In this document: piece by piece, positions 54,043 through 63,469 of the stretch
Numbering within the stretch: position 1 is the first letter of the stretch
How the letters are laid out: each line of letters starts with the position of its first letter
DNA from: Candidatus Tayloriibacteriota bacterium
GTDB lineage: Bacteria > Patescibacteriota > Minisyncoccia > Phycocordibacterales > SIBU01
DNA length: 64,000 nt
NCBI GenBank assembly: GCA_016188455.1
Contig: JACPHR010000018.1
Location: 5,079-69,078 of the forward strand
Direction of reading: 5' to 3'
Translations under genes and position numbers: made by a program
Notes under the pieces: generated by a model
Told to the model about the DNA's origin: nothing
The model's input: only the letters and a program-made list of their open reading frames with translations
The model's database searches: none

Positions 54043-54059
54043 GCCAGCAGTTTATCCAG

Positions 54060-54088
54060 AGCGCGCGACTTAGGGTTGCGCGCTTTTT
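54060..54088 (+). terminator. Rho-independent terminator
   Basis: agcgcgcgac-ttagg-gttgcgcgct followed by tttttctttt. Confidence 0.5.
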
Positions 54089-54093
54089 CTTTT

Positions 54094-54172
54094 CGCCAGT
54101 TTTCTCTATTCTCTATTTTCTATTCTCTACTCTACTCTCTATTCTCTACCCTCTATTTTCTAACTTTCGGAT
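54094..54172. repeat. Short tandem CTATTCTCT/CTATTTTCT repeat tract
   Basis: tctctattctctattttctattctctactctactctctattctctaccctctattttc. Inverted and direct copies lie at 55074-55140 and 55203-55252. Confidence 0.6.
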
Positions 54173-55073
54173 AATTTTCCACAAACCAATTAACGGTCTG
54201 CTCTATGCCTCCGTCAACCGGAGTAAACTTAAAATCCGGCAGGTACTTTTTCAGTTTCGTTCCGTCCGACGGTTTGCGGAACTGGCCGTCGGGTTTAGAG
54301 CCGTCAAAAACGATTTTGCCCGTGAACCCCATTTTTTTGGCGATGACGAGGACGAGGTCGCGTATGGAGGTTTCAATACCGGAGGTAAATATGATCGGCG
54401 CTGACTCTTTGTAATTATCAAGCATCCACAGCGCCAGTTTGGCAATGTCATCCGTCAACACCAGTTCGCGCAAAGGTTTGCCGCTGCCCCAGACGACCAG
54501 GTCCGTATTATTTTTCTTGGCCAGGTAGCATTTATGGATGAGAGATGGCACCACGTGGCCGTCCGTGAAATTAAAATTATCATTCGGGCCGTAGATGTTT
54601 GTGGGAATGGCGATAATGTAATTGCAGCCCCACTCGCTGTTATAGGCGCTGCTTTGCACTTCAAGCATCCTTTTGGCGTAGGCATAGCCGAAATTTGAAG
54701 GATGAGGCGGGCCGTTATGCAGGTCTTTTTCGTTGAGCGGGTAGGGGCACTTGTCGGGGAAGACGCAGGTGGACATGAAAGAAATCAGTTTTTTGACGCC
54801 GGTCAATCGCGCCGCTTCCAAGACGTTGATGTTTATCATGATGTTGTTGCGGAAGTATTCCCCGGAGTGAATCATGTTGCCGCCGATGCCGCCCACTTGG
54901 GCGGCCAGATGAATCACTTTCGCCGGCCGGTGCTTTTTGAAGAGCTTCACGGTTTGGTTAAAATCGGTCAAGTCGCCGTCTTTCCGAGAAAGAAAAACCA
55001 TATTTGGCAGACCCAATCTTTTAATGGCCGAACCGATAAGGCCGCTGCCTCCCGTGACTAATGTTATAGACAT
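54153..55073 (-). CDS. GDP-L-fucose synthase family epimerase/reductase (paralog)
   Basis: ITLVTGGSGLIGSAI...YAYAKRM...NIYGPNDNFN...HVVPSLI pattern of Fcl/WcaG. Confidence 0.65.
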   Translation of the reverse strand: MSITLVTGGSGLIGSAIKRLGLPNMVFLSRKDGDLTDFNQTVKLFKKHRPAKVIHLAAQVGGIGGNMIHSGEYFRNNIMININVLEAARLTGVKKLISFMSTCVFPDKCPYPLNEKDLHNGPPHPSNFGYAYAKRMLEVQSSAYNSEWGCNYIIAIPTNIYGPNDNFNFTDGHVVPSLIHKCYLAKKNNTDLVVWGSGKPLRELVLTDDIAKLALWMLDNYKESAPIIFTSGIETSIRDLVLVIAKKMGFTGKIVFDGSKPDGQFRKPSDGTKLKKYLPDFKFTPVDGGIEQTVNWFVENYPKVRK

Positions 55074-55252
55074 AGATAATAGATGTTAGAAAACAGATAA
55101 TAGACGGTAGAAATTAGAGAATAGAAAATAGAGATTAGACTTTTTAAGAAATTGCCTTGATAAATTTGTTAAGCATTTTCGTAATTATTAGTTTTCATTT
55201 CTTTCTGTGTTCTATTTTCTATTCTCTACTCTCTATTTTCTATTCTCTCATA
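55074..55252. repeat. Inverted pair of CTATTTTCTATTCTCT-type repeat tracts with a 70-nt AT-rich spacer
   Basis: gagaatagaaaatagag (55115-55131) opposed to ctctattttctattctc (about 55225-55245). Confidence 0.55.
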
Positions 55253-56266
55253 TAAGATTTTTTGCCACTCTACAGTGCGAGAGAGTCCCTCGTCAAGCGG
55301 CACATAATCGGTTTTCTTGAATTCATTTTTCACTCTCGTCATATCTAGTTGGGTATCAAGTGGCGCGCCCGCTCCCAAGTTCTCTGATCTTGAAACCGCC
55401 GGAAAAACCACCGGCACCTTGAGCAATTTGCCGATTTTCTTCGCTAAGTCAGCAATGGTGATGGTTCCCGCGCCGCCGACATTGTAAATTGGTTCTTTGC
55501 CGAAAAGCAGTATCCGCCAGAGAATTTCCACGGCGTCGCTTACATAACAGTAGGTTCTTTTAACCTCACCATGATCCAGGAGCGTTAATTTGCCCCGCAG
55601 AGCTTTTTCAATGAAAGCATTGATAACCCGCTTGTCTCCCGGTTTCGTGCCGGGACCGTAGGCTAACGATAGCCGCGCCGATTTTGCGTCAACGGCTTGG
55701 GCTCTTTCGGCGTTGACGATGGCCTCTCCGCATCTTTTGCCCTCAATGTAGCAAGCTCTCGGGTGCGCGGTGTTTGTCGTGCCTATCATGTCCTCCCCGT
55801 AGGGGGTCGTCTCCAATCCGCTGTAGACTTCGCTGGTGCTCATAAAAAGGAACTTGCCGCCCTTCTTTAATTTTTGAAAGAGAGCGATGGTCACTGTCGT
55901 GTTAAGCCCCATGGTTTTTAGGGGATTCTCCAGAAATTTCCCGGGTTGGCCGTAGCCGGCGGCATGGATAATATAATCCGCTTGGGGCAGTGAGGCCATC
56001 AGTTTCGCATTGGTCAAATCGCCCTGTACGAAGCCCACATTTTCTCCAAAATAAGAAAGATATTCGGGAAATTTATTTTGCACGACGGCGACGATATCCA
56101 TCTTCACGCCTTTGTTCCGCAGCTCTCTTAAAGTTGCCAAAAAATACGTGCCAATGAGCCCGGACGCGCCAGTCAAGAGTATGGTTTTGCCGTCAAGTTC
56201 GCGAAAATCAATCTTCGGCAAGATTTCCAAAACGTCATTTTTAATTATGGTCGCAAGCTCATTCAT
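55226..56266 (-). CDS. NAD-dependent epimerase/dehydratase
   Basis: ILLTGASGLIGTYF..., YxxxK (YIEGKRCGE). Confidence 0.65.
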   Translation of the reverse strand: MNELATIIKNDVLEILPKIDFRELDGKTILLTGASGLIGTYFLATLRELRNKGVKMDIVAVVQNKFPEYLSYFGENVGFVQGDLTNAKLMASLPQADYIIHAAGYGQPGKFLENPLKTMGLNTTVTIALFQKLKKGGKFLFMSTSEVYSGLETTPYGEDMIGTTNTAHPRACYIEGKRCGEAIVNAERAQAVDAKSARLSLAYGPGTKPGDKRVINAFIEKALRGKLTLLDHGEVKRTYCYVSDAVEILWRILLFGKEPIYNVGGAGTITIADLAKKIGKLLKVPVVFPAVSRSENLGAGAPLDTQLDMTRVKNEFKKTDYVPLDEGLSRTVEWQKILYERIENRE

Positions 56267-57147
56267 TGCAATAATTTTCTCAAGCGGCGGCGGATAGATG
56301 AAGCGGTGATTGCCATACGTTCGTCATGCTCTTCCGCCTTGCCGTAGTTGAGAATAAATTTTCGAGGTACTCCCGCCGTTTCAACAACCAGAGGGCGAGG
56401 TTTCAGCGCGGCCGTGACTTCGTTCGTTAAACCGCCTTCGTAATAGGGCTCACAGAGTAAAACCTTTGCCGACGGGCAATTGTTTCTCAAGGTCTCTCCG
56501 TCAAAAGGAGCGACGGTCGTGTAATAAAGCACCGTCACGTCTTCGCCTTTAGAGGCTTCAAGCGCGCTCTTAAGCGCCGGACCAACGGCGATGACCGTGG
56601 CCTGCCTGCCTTTTTTTACCACCTGGGCCTTGCCGAATCTGACCTTATAACTTTCGGCGTTTTCTTTTTCCGAGAGCCGGTAGTATGTCGGGTGGCCGTT
56701 GCCGTAGGCTTGCCTGAAAAGAGCGTCAAATTCGGCGGCGGTTCCCGGCACCACTATCTCCATCCCGGGGATATTCTGGAGGAGGCCGACATCCCCCGGG
56801 CAGTGGTGTGTTGGGCCGAGGGCGGCGTAATCGTAGGATGCTCCGATGCTGACAAAATTGCCTCCGAGTTTTTGATAGCCGAAGTCGTCTTTCAATTGCT
56901 CAAAAGAGCGTTCTACCAAGAAAGTGGCGATGGTGTGGACTACCGGAATAAATCCCGTCATGGCCAATCCCGCCGCCGCGCCTATCGTGGATTGTTCCAA
57001 AATTCCTATATTGTAAATTCTCTCGGGGAACTCCTTGAATGATTTTCGAAGAGCGAACACACTGATGTCGCCTAGGAGTACGACAAGACGCTCGTCGCTC
57101 GCCAGCAAGCTTTCAGTGGTTTGAACGAATTGTCTTCTCATGCTCAT
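56263..57147 (-). CDS. Transketolase, C-terminal subunit (split transketolase)
   Basis: Pyrimidine-binding/C-terminal domain pattern (...GPTHHCPGDVGLL...). Sits directly downstream of the N-terminal subunit gene. Confidence 0.7.
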   Translation of the reverse strand: MSMRRQFVQTTESLLASDERLVVLLGDISVFALRKSFKEFPERIYNIGILEQSTIGAAAGLAMTGFIPVVHTIATFLVERSFEQLKDDFGYQKLGGNFVSIGASYDYAALGPTHHCPGDVGLLQNIPGMEIVVPGTAAEFDALFRQAYGNGHPTYYRLSEKENAESYKVRFGKAQVVKKGRQATVIAVGPALKSALEASKGEDVTVLYYTTVAPFDGETLRNNCPSAKVLLCEPYYEGGLTNEVTAALKPRPLVVETAGVPRKFILNYGKAEEHDERMAITASSIRRRLRKLLQ

Positions 57148-57282
57148 GTTTCAAATGTAAAATGTAAACATCAAAATGGAAAATGACATATTGCAATATT
57201 AAAAATTTTGAGAGGTCTTAAATTATTTGATTTTGAATTTTGCATTGTCATTTTAATCTTTGATTTTTTAATTTTCAATTTA

Positions 57283-58062
57283 TCATGACGGGGAAAGTTC
57301 TTTTAAGATAATTTCCAGTTCTTCCCTGTTGGGCGCTTTGTGGTGCCAGGCCGGATTGTTTTCCATGATTTTTGAGCCGCGGCCTTTAATTGTCTCGGCG
57401 ATTACGGCCAAGGGCTTGCCGAGGTGTTTCGTTCTCAAGGCTTTTTCAATCGCTTTGTGGTCGTGGCCGTCTACCGAGACGCTCGTCCAGCCGAAAGCTT
57501 CAAACTTAGTCCTAAGGTCTCCGAGGCGAAGCGCCCGGTCGGTGGAATGATTGTAGTCCAGGATAAGCGAGAGGTTGTCCAGCTTGTGGTGGGCCGCCAA
57601 GAGCGCCGATTCCCAGACGGCGCCTTCGTTGGCCTCGCCGTCGCCGATAAGCACGAAGACGCGGGAGGGAAAGTGCTTAATCTTGAGCCCTAAAGCGTTG
57701 CCTACCGCCATGGGAAAGCCGTGACCCAGAGAGCCAGTGGAGGCTTCGGCGCCCGGCACTTTGTTTCTGTCCGGATGGCCGCCGAGACGGCTTTCAAAAT
57801 CACAGTATTTTTTCAACCACTCGCCGCTGAAGAAACCCTTTTCGGCCAAAACGGCGTAGAGGGCGAGCGACGCTTGGCCTTTGGACAGAAAGAATCTGTC
57901 CCTCCTCGGGTCGTCTGGGCGCTTCGGGTTTATGGCGAGTACCTTGTCGTAGAGGACCCAGAGGATGTCCAAAATGGAAAAATCGCTTCCGAGGTGCCCC
58001 TCGCCGGCGTGGAACGACGCCTTGACTATCAAACGTTTTAATTTGTTCAGGTTAGCTTTCAT
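57283..58062 (-). CDS. Transketolase, N-terminal (ThDP-binding) subunit
   Basis: ...HAGEGHLGSDFSILDIL..., ...GDGEANEG... ThDP motif. Confidence 0.7.
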   Translation of the reverse strand: MKANLNKLKRLIVKASFHAGEGHLGSDFSILDILWVLYDKVLAINPKRPDDPRRDRFFLSKGQASLALYAVLAEKGFFSGEWLKKYCDFESRLGGHPDRNKVPGAEASTGSLGHGFPMAVGNALGLKIKHFPSRVFVLIGDGEANEGAVWESALLAAHHKLDNLSLILDYNHSTDRALRLGDLRTKFEAFGWTSVSVDGHDHKAIEKALRTKHLGKPLAVIAETIKGRGSKIMENNPAWHHKAPNREELEIILKELSPS

Positions 58063-59353
58063 CGGATTGCTTGTTTTGGTCAGAGACTAATTTTAAGGTC
58101 CACCGGTTTTTTATGAAAATTTTTCCTTCCGGTTTTTCCGCCGGATGCGCCTGGTTGAAGTACGCCGACGGCCCGACGGTTACGGTTTTTTCTATGGTGT
58201 GTTTAGCGAGATAATTCATGACCGAAAAACGATTCAGGCTTAAACTGACGAAATAATTTCCCGGCATCAGCAATTTTTCCGGGAACAGCAAAGTTGCTTG
58301 GTATCTGCCCTTGGCGACCCGTTCAAGTTCCGGCTGCCAGTCGGAAGTGAAACTTCTTGTTAGCACGTCGCCAAGGGCGTTTTTTAAGTACACGCCCGCG
58401 CGGAAAAGCGAAAGGTTGGCGTGCGCCTCAAAGTCAATTTCAACGGTAAACGGCGTGTCCGCGTCCAAATGGGCCGTACGGATGTTTTTCTGGCTTACCG
58501 CGAAATCATGAAGTGTCACTTCGCCTTTAAGTTTCAACGGAAAAAGTTTTTCGTGGCCGGAGCTTTTTTCGTACTCGGCGGCCAGATAATGCCGGATAAC
58601 GTCTCTCGTCTCGCCCGCTTTGACGATTTTGCCGTGAGACAGAAGAATTGATGTGGGGCAAAGCTTTTCCACCGCTGACATATTGTGGCTGACGAAAAGA
58701 ATCGTCCGGCCGGCTTTGCCGGTGACCTCTTCCATTTTACCCAAACACTTTTTTTGAAACTCGGCGTCGCCGACGGCCAGCACTTCGTCAACCAGAAGGA
58801 TGTCGGGTTCAATGTGGGCGGCGATGGAGAAAGCCAGACGGACGTACATGCCGGTGGAATAGCGTTTGACCGGCGTATCAATGAAATCGCCGATGCCGGA
58901 GAAATCAACGATGGCGTTAAATTTCTCTCCGATTTCTTTGCGAGTCATGCCCAAGATGGCCCCGTTGAGGAAGACATTTTCGCGGCCCGACAGCTCGGGA
59001 TGAAAACCGGTGCCCACTTCCAGGAGCGAGGCCACCCGGCCGTTCAGTCTGACTTCCCCTTCGGTCGGCGGGGTGATTCGGGAGAGAATTTTCAGCAGGG
59101 TTGACTTGCCGGCGCCGTTAGCCCCGATAATGCCCACCGCTTCGCCTTTTTTGACTGAAAGGTTTATGTTTCGCAACGCCCAAAAAGTTTCCATTCGGTT
59201 TGTGCCCATGATGTTTCTGCCGATGCCCGCCAGCGCCGAGAGCGGATGTTTTAATTTTTCCGATATTACGTCGCGCAGCGCTACGTATCCCCGTTTCCTT
59301 CCGGTGATGTTATAACGTTTGCCGACGTTTTTTATTTCTATAATGGATAACAT
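58052..59353 (-). CDS. wzt: Polysaccharide ABC transporter ATP-binding protein with C-terminal carbohydrate-binding domain
   Basis: Walker A GANGAGKST, LSGGQ-like YSTGMYVRL, Walker B ILLVDE, plus an about 180-aa C-terminal extension typical of Wzt/TagH. Confidence 0.75.
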   Translation of the reverse strand: MLSIIEIKNVGKRYNITGRKRGYVALRDVISEKLKHPLSALAGIGRNIMGTNRMETFWALRNINLSVKKGEAVGIIGANGAGKSTLLKILSRITPPTEGEVRLNGRVASLLEVGTGFHPELSGRENVFLNGAILGMTRKEIGEKFNAIVDFSGIGDFIDTPVKRYSTGMYVRLAFSIAAHIEPDILLVDEVLAVGDAEFQKKCLGKMEEVTGKAGRTILFVSHNMSAVEKLCPTSILLSHGKIVKAGETRDVIRHYLAAEYEKSSGHEKLFPLKLKGEVTLHDFAVSQKNIRTAHLDADTPFTVEIDFEAHANLSLFRAGVYLKNALGDVLTRSFTSDWQPELERVAKGRYQATLLFPEKLLMPGNYFVSLSLNRFSVMNYLAKHTIEKTVTVGPSAYFNQAHPAEKPEGKIFIKNRWTLKLVSDQNKQSDES

Positions 59354-59420
59354 ACGAAAATTATAAGATACGAAAACTATGCGAATGGCTACGAAATGAT
59401 ACGAAAATTGCGGGGTACGA
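59341..59420. repeat. AT-rich TACGAA-motif repeat (about 60 bp; direct copy of 60705-60770) overlapping the wzt start codon
   Basis: catacgaaaattataagatacgaaaactatgcgaatggctacgaaatgatacgaaaatt. Confidence 0.45.
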
Positions 59421-59425
59421 ATTTG

Positions 59426-59836
59426 CTAATGCAGAAAATGATTATCAATATGGATGATTCTTACGGGTTTTAAAAATTTTTGTCTGAAGTTTGCAAGCAT
59501 GCCGAGTTTTAAATCGGTTTGTTGAAGATAGTTTTGCACTTGTCTATAATTATCTTTAGTGATAAAACGCGCGGATTTTATCTCTAAAATGATTTTTCCT
59601 TCAATAACAAAATCAAGAATGTTTCCGGTGCCGGCTATGGAAACTTCTCTTTCAAATTTTATGCCTTCTCTCAGTAATTTTTCCGCAATAGCATTCCCAT
59701 ACTGTTTTTCTCGAGCGAAACAACCGAGCTCTCTGTGGACTTTGAATAATACGCCATTCAAATCATAAGACAGTTTGGGATATATGACTTGGGGTCCGTA
59801 CGCGGGCTTATTTTGTTTTTTTGCTTCTGATTCCAT
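59426..59836 (-). CDS. GxxExxY family protein
   Basis: ...HRELGCFAREKQYGNAIAEKLLREGIKFEREV...DFVIEGKIILEIKS matches GxxExxY (PD-(D/E)xK-like). Start refined to MESEAK; the longer ORF reads into the repeat. Confidence 0.65.
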   Translation of the reverse strand: MESEAKKQNKPAYGPQVIYPKLSYDLNGVLFKVHRELGCFAREKQYGNAIAEKLLREGIKFEREVSIAGTGNILDFVIEGKIILEIKSARFITKDNYRQVQNYLQQTDLKLGMLANFRQKFLKPVRIIHIDNHFLH

Positions 59837-59854
59837 GATTTTTTTATTTAAATT

Positions 59855-59900
59855 TTCGTTGTAATTCGTCATCATTCGCATAATTTTCGTATGTTACACG
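59855..59900. repeat. Inverted partial copy of the TACGAA-motif repeat
   Basis: Reverse complement cgtgtaacatacgaaaattatgcgaatgatgacgaattacaacgaaaatt. Confidence 0.4.
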
Positions 59901-60709
59901 ATGTCCGCGAAATACCGTTCGGTTTTTTTGAAAAAGAAAATGCCAGCGGCCAAAAGCGCCAGGGCGGCCAAGGAGGAAATCGCCAGCGACTGCCAGCCTA
60001 TCGGTCCCGTGCCCAAGAGCCCCGCCCGGGCGGCTTTGATGACGCCGGTCATGGGATTAAAAGAGAGCAGCCAAGCGTATTTGCCGGCGATGCTTGAGGG
60101 GTAAATGACCGGCGTGAGGAAAAGCAGCAGTTGCATGAAGAAAGGCAATACGTAGCGCACATCGCGGTATTTGACGTTTATGGAGGCTAGTATCAATCCC
60201 GCGCCCACCGCCGTGGCGGAGGTGATAATCAAGAGAATCGGTATAAGCGCTATCCCGGAGAATCGCGGCGCGTAGCCGTAGTGGAACATGAGGAAGATTA
60301 AAGCCAGGCTGGCGAAAAAAAGGTCAACGAATTTGTTGGCGGTGTCGGCCAGCGGCAGAATGATTCGCGGGAAATAAACTTTGGTGACGATGGCGGCATT
60401 GCCGATGAGCGAGTTGCTGGTATCGCTCAAGGCGCTCGCGAACAGTTGCCAGAATAAGAGGCCGGTATAGACGAAGATGGGGTAGGGAATGCCGTCCGAC
60501 GGCACCTTGATCAGTTTTCCGAAGAACACGCTGAACACCACCATGGTCATAAACGGCTGGAAAATGGCCCAGCCGATGCCGACAATGGTTTGTTTGTAGC
60601 GCACCTTGATGTCGCGCCAAACGAAAAAGTACAGCAGTTCTTTGTAGCGCCAGATTTCCCTCAAGTCTTCAAGGCTGAAGGTTTTTTTTGGTTTTATTAC
60701 AGTTACCAT
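59894..60709 (-). CDS. wzm: Polysaccharide ABC transporter permease (ABC-2 type)
   Basis: Six predicted TM helices; ...LLYFFVWRDIKVRYKQTIVGIGWAIFQPF... typical Wzm N-terminus. Confidence 0.7.
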   Translation of the reverse strand: MVTVIKPKKTFSLEDLREIWRYKELLYFFVWRDIKVRYKQTIVGIGWAIFQPFMTMVVFSVFFGKLIKVPSDGIPYPIFVYTGLLFWQLFASALSDTSNSLIGNAAIVTKVYFPRIILPLADTANKFVDLFFASLALIFLMFHYGYAPRFSGIALIPILLIITSATAVGAGLILASINVKYRDVRYVLPFFMQLLLFLTPVIYPSSIAGKYAWLLSFNPMTGVIKAARAGLLGTGPIGWQSLAISSLAALALLAAGIFFFKKTERYFADIV

Positions 60710-60770
60710 ACGAAAATTATACGATACGAAAACTATGCGAATAATTACGAATGATTACGAAAATTTAAGA
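60705..60770. repeat. AT-rich TACGAA-motif repeat overlapping the wzm start codon
   Basis: catacgaaaattatacgatacgaaaactatgcgaataattacgaatgattacgaaaatt. Confidence 0.45.
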
Positions 60771-60815
60771 AATGAAAAAGAAATGAAAAGGATATAATAT
60801 TGGCGGTACTGGTAT

Positions 60816-61745
60816 TTATTTATTTTGTTTATACCACTTATAGGTGGACCGGACACCCTCTTCAAGCGGGATTTGGTGGCGCCAGCCCAGAGCGTGAATT
60901 TTTGAGACGTCAAGCCGTTTCCGGGGCATGCCGTCCGGGTTTTTCCCGTCCCAGACGACCCGGCCCTTAAAGCCCACGATTTTTTTTATCAGTTGGGCCA
61001 GTGCTTTGATGGAAATATCTTCCCCGGTGCCGACATTTATAATTTCGCTCCGGTTGTAATGCTCCATCAGAAAAACGGCGGCATCGGCGAAATCGTCAAC
61101 ATGGAGAAATTCCCGCCGCGCCACGCCGGTTCCCCAGAGGGTCAATGCTTTTTTGCCGGTTTTTTTCGCTTCATGAAATTTGCGGATGAGCGCCGGCAGA
61201 ACATGAGAGTTTTTAAGGTCAAAATTGTCATTCGGGCCGTACATATTTGTCGGCATGGCTGAAATAAAATTGGTGCCGTATTCCTCGTTATAGGACTGGC
61301 AGCTAATAATGCCGGCGATTTTGGCGATGGCGTATGCCCTGTTGGTCGGTTCCAGCGGACCGGAGAGGAAGTACTCTTCCTTAATCGGTTGCGGCGAGAG
61401 GCGGGGATAGATGCATGAACTGCCCAGGAACAGCAATTTTTTGATGCCGCTTACGTAGGAATTCTCTATGACATTTGACTGCACGACCAGATTTTCATGG
61501 ATAAACTCGGCCGGGTAATTTTTATTTGACATAATGCCCCCCACTTTGGCCGCGGCGAGAAAGACGTACTCCGGCTTTTCTTTTTTAAAAAAATCGGCCA
61601 CTTTTTTTTGGTCCAAAAGCTCCAGTTCGTCTCGGGTTCTAAGCGTCAGGTTCCCGAAGCCGCGCGCTTTAAGCGCCCGAACGATAGCGGACCCCACCAG
61701 CCCGCGGTGACCGGCAACGTAAACTTTTGAATGCTTCTTCATCAT
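60816..61745 (-). CDS. fcl: GDP-L-fucose synthase
   Basis: KVYVAGHRGLVGSAI...LTLRTRDELELLD...YAIAKIAG...NMYGPNDNF..., classic Fcl. Overlaps the gmd stop. Confidence 0.8.
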   Translation of the reverse strand: MMKKHSKVYVAGHRGLVGSAIVRALKARGFGNLTLRTRDELELLDQKKVADFFKKEKPEYVFLAAAKVGGIMSNKNYPAEFIHENLVVQSNVIENSYVSGIKKLLFLGSSCIYPRLSPQPIKEEYFLSGPLEPTNRAYAIAKIAGIISCQSYNEEYGTNFISAMPTNMYGPNDNFDLKNSHVLPALIRKFHEAKKTGKKALTLWGTGVARREFLHVDDFADAAVFLMEHYNRSEIINVGTGEDISIKALAQLIKKIVGFKGRVVWDGKNPDGMPRKRLDVSKIHALGWRHQIPLEEGVRSTYKWYKQNK

Positions 61746-62872
61746 TAGGCCTTTTTTATTCCGCCCTTGGCCAGCTCGCTTCGGAGAGTGCTCTCAATGT
61801 CCGCGGTCACCATTTCCTTGATGAGTTCGTGGAATTTTATTTTCGGTTTCCAGCCCAGTTCCTTAGAGGCTTTTCGAGGGTCGGCGCGCAGCGAATTGAC
61901 TTCCGCCGGTCGGAAATAGTTGAGGTCAATCGCCACTAGCACGTCTCCGGTCTTCGCGTCCACGCCTTTTTCATTCTGGCCGGCGCCGCGCCATTTCAGA
62001 GTGACGCCGATTTGCTTGAACGCCAGTTCGCACAATTGCCGGACCGAGTGCTGTCTGCCGGTGCCTATGACGTAATCTTTCGGTTTCGGCTGCTGGAGCA
62101 TCAGGTACATGGCTTCCACGTAGTCTTGGGCGTGGCCCCAGTCGCGGCGGGCTTCCAGGTTGCCGAGGTAGAGTTTGTTTTGAAGCCCCAATTTTATTTT
62201 TGCCACCGCCGACGTGATTTTTCGGCTGACGAAGGTTTCGCCGCGCCGCGGGCTTTCGTGGTTGAAGAGAATGCCGTTGACGGCGAAGAGGCCGTAGGAT
62301 TCGCGGTAGTTGATGGTGGCGTAGTAGGCGGCCGCTTTGGAAACGCCGTAGGGCGACCGGGGAGCGAATTTCGTGTTTTCATTTTGCGGCGGCGGAGCCG
62401 AGCCGAACATCTCGCTTGACGACGCTTGGTAAAATTTTACTTTCTTGCCGGTTTGTTTTTGGTAGTCGCGGATGGCTTCAAGGACGCGGAAGACCCCGAG
62501 GCCAGTGATATTGCCGGTGTACTCCGCCATGTCAAAGGACACTTTTACGTGCGATTGGGCGGCGAGGTTGTAAATTTCATCCGGTTCAAGGGTAAAAATC
62601 AGTTTCTTAATGTTGCTCGCGTCCGACAGGTCGCCGTAGTGGAGAAAAAGTCGGGTGCCGCGAATGTGCGGGTCCTGATAAAGGTGCTCAATCCGGCCGG
62701 TATTGAAAGTGGAAACCCGCCGGATGAGCCCGTGCACCTCGTAACCCTTTTTGAGCAGAAGCTCGGTGAGATACGAGCCGTCCTGGCCGGTGATGCCGGT
62801 GATGAAAGCGCGTTTAACTTTTTTAGTATTCTTTGTCGCGCGCGCGGTTTTCATTTTAGATTCTTTTTTCAT
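61745..62872 (-). CDS. gmd: GDP-mannose 4,6-dehydratase
   Basis: [28 protein letters not shown], ...FNHESPRRG.... Confidence 0.85.
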   Translation of the reverse strand: MKKESKMKTARATKNTKKVKRAFITGITGQDGSYLTELLLKKGYEVHGLIRRVSTFNTGRIEHLYQDPHIRGTRLFLHYGDLSDASNIKKLIFTLEPDEIYNLAAQSHVKVSFDMAEYTGNITGLGVFRVLEAIRDYQKQTGKKVKFYQASSSEMFGSAPPPQNENTKFAPRSPYGVSKAAAYYATINYRESYGLFAVNGILFNHESPRRGETFVSRKITSAVAKIKLGLQNKLYLGNLEARRDWGHAQDYVEAMYLMLQQPKPKDYVIGTGRQHSVRQLCELAFKQIGVTLKWRGAGQNEKGVDAKTGDVLVAIDLNYFRPAEVNSLRADPRKASKELGWKPKIKFHELIKEMVTADIESTLRSELAKGGIKKA

Positions 62873-63014
62873 ACATTATTTGGTTTCGATGCGAATATAC
62901 TAATTTACTAATCATACTAATGGGCGTTTTCTCAATTCGCATCATTAGCATGAATTCGTATATTAGCATCGCTACTGCGTCAGCCAGTATAACATGTTCC
63001 ACCGCGTGAATGTT

Positions 63015-63260
63015 CTACCAATTTTTGATTTTTCTTACCACCGTTCGTTTGAGTTTTCGGTAGGATTTCGCCGTTTCCCGCTCCAGTTCGGGGGAGAGCA
63101 TATGCAAAAGTTCTTTGCCGAGAATTCGGTACTGGCCGCCGACTTTGTTGGCGCGAATCAGGCCGCGTTTCAAAAGCCGCTTAATCGTGCTCTCGCTTAT
63201 TTTAAGAATTTTTTGGGTTTCGGCTGTCGTATAAACAGCCTGTTCCTTGATCTCTTCCAT
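63015..63260 (-). CDS. Helix-turn-helix (excisionase/MerR-like) DNA-binding protein
   Basis: ...YTTAETQKILKISESTIKRLLKRGLIRANKVGGQYRI... HTH_17-like. Start refined to MEEIKEQ. Confidence 0.45.
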   Translation of the reverse strand: MEEIKEQAVYTTAETQKILKISESTIKRLLKRGLIRANKVGGQYRILGKELLHMLSPELERETAKSYRKLKRTVVRKIKNW

Positions 63261-63469
63261 AAAGTTTAAAAGTTGCAAGTTAGAAAGTTTGAAAGTTACA
63301 AAGCATGAAAACCTGCGCACTTTTTACTTTCCAACTTTTTTCTTGCGTACTTGTCGCTTTCTAACTTACTATAAGTGTCAAAAGGTGTCAACTCGGTTCA
63401 CCTGCTTTTCTTTTATAACACGGCGCGCGGGTGTTTTGTTATCGGACACCGATGTGCTATAGTATGTTT

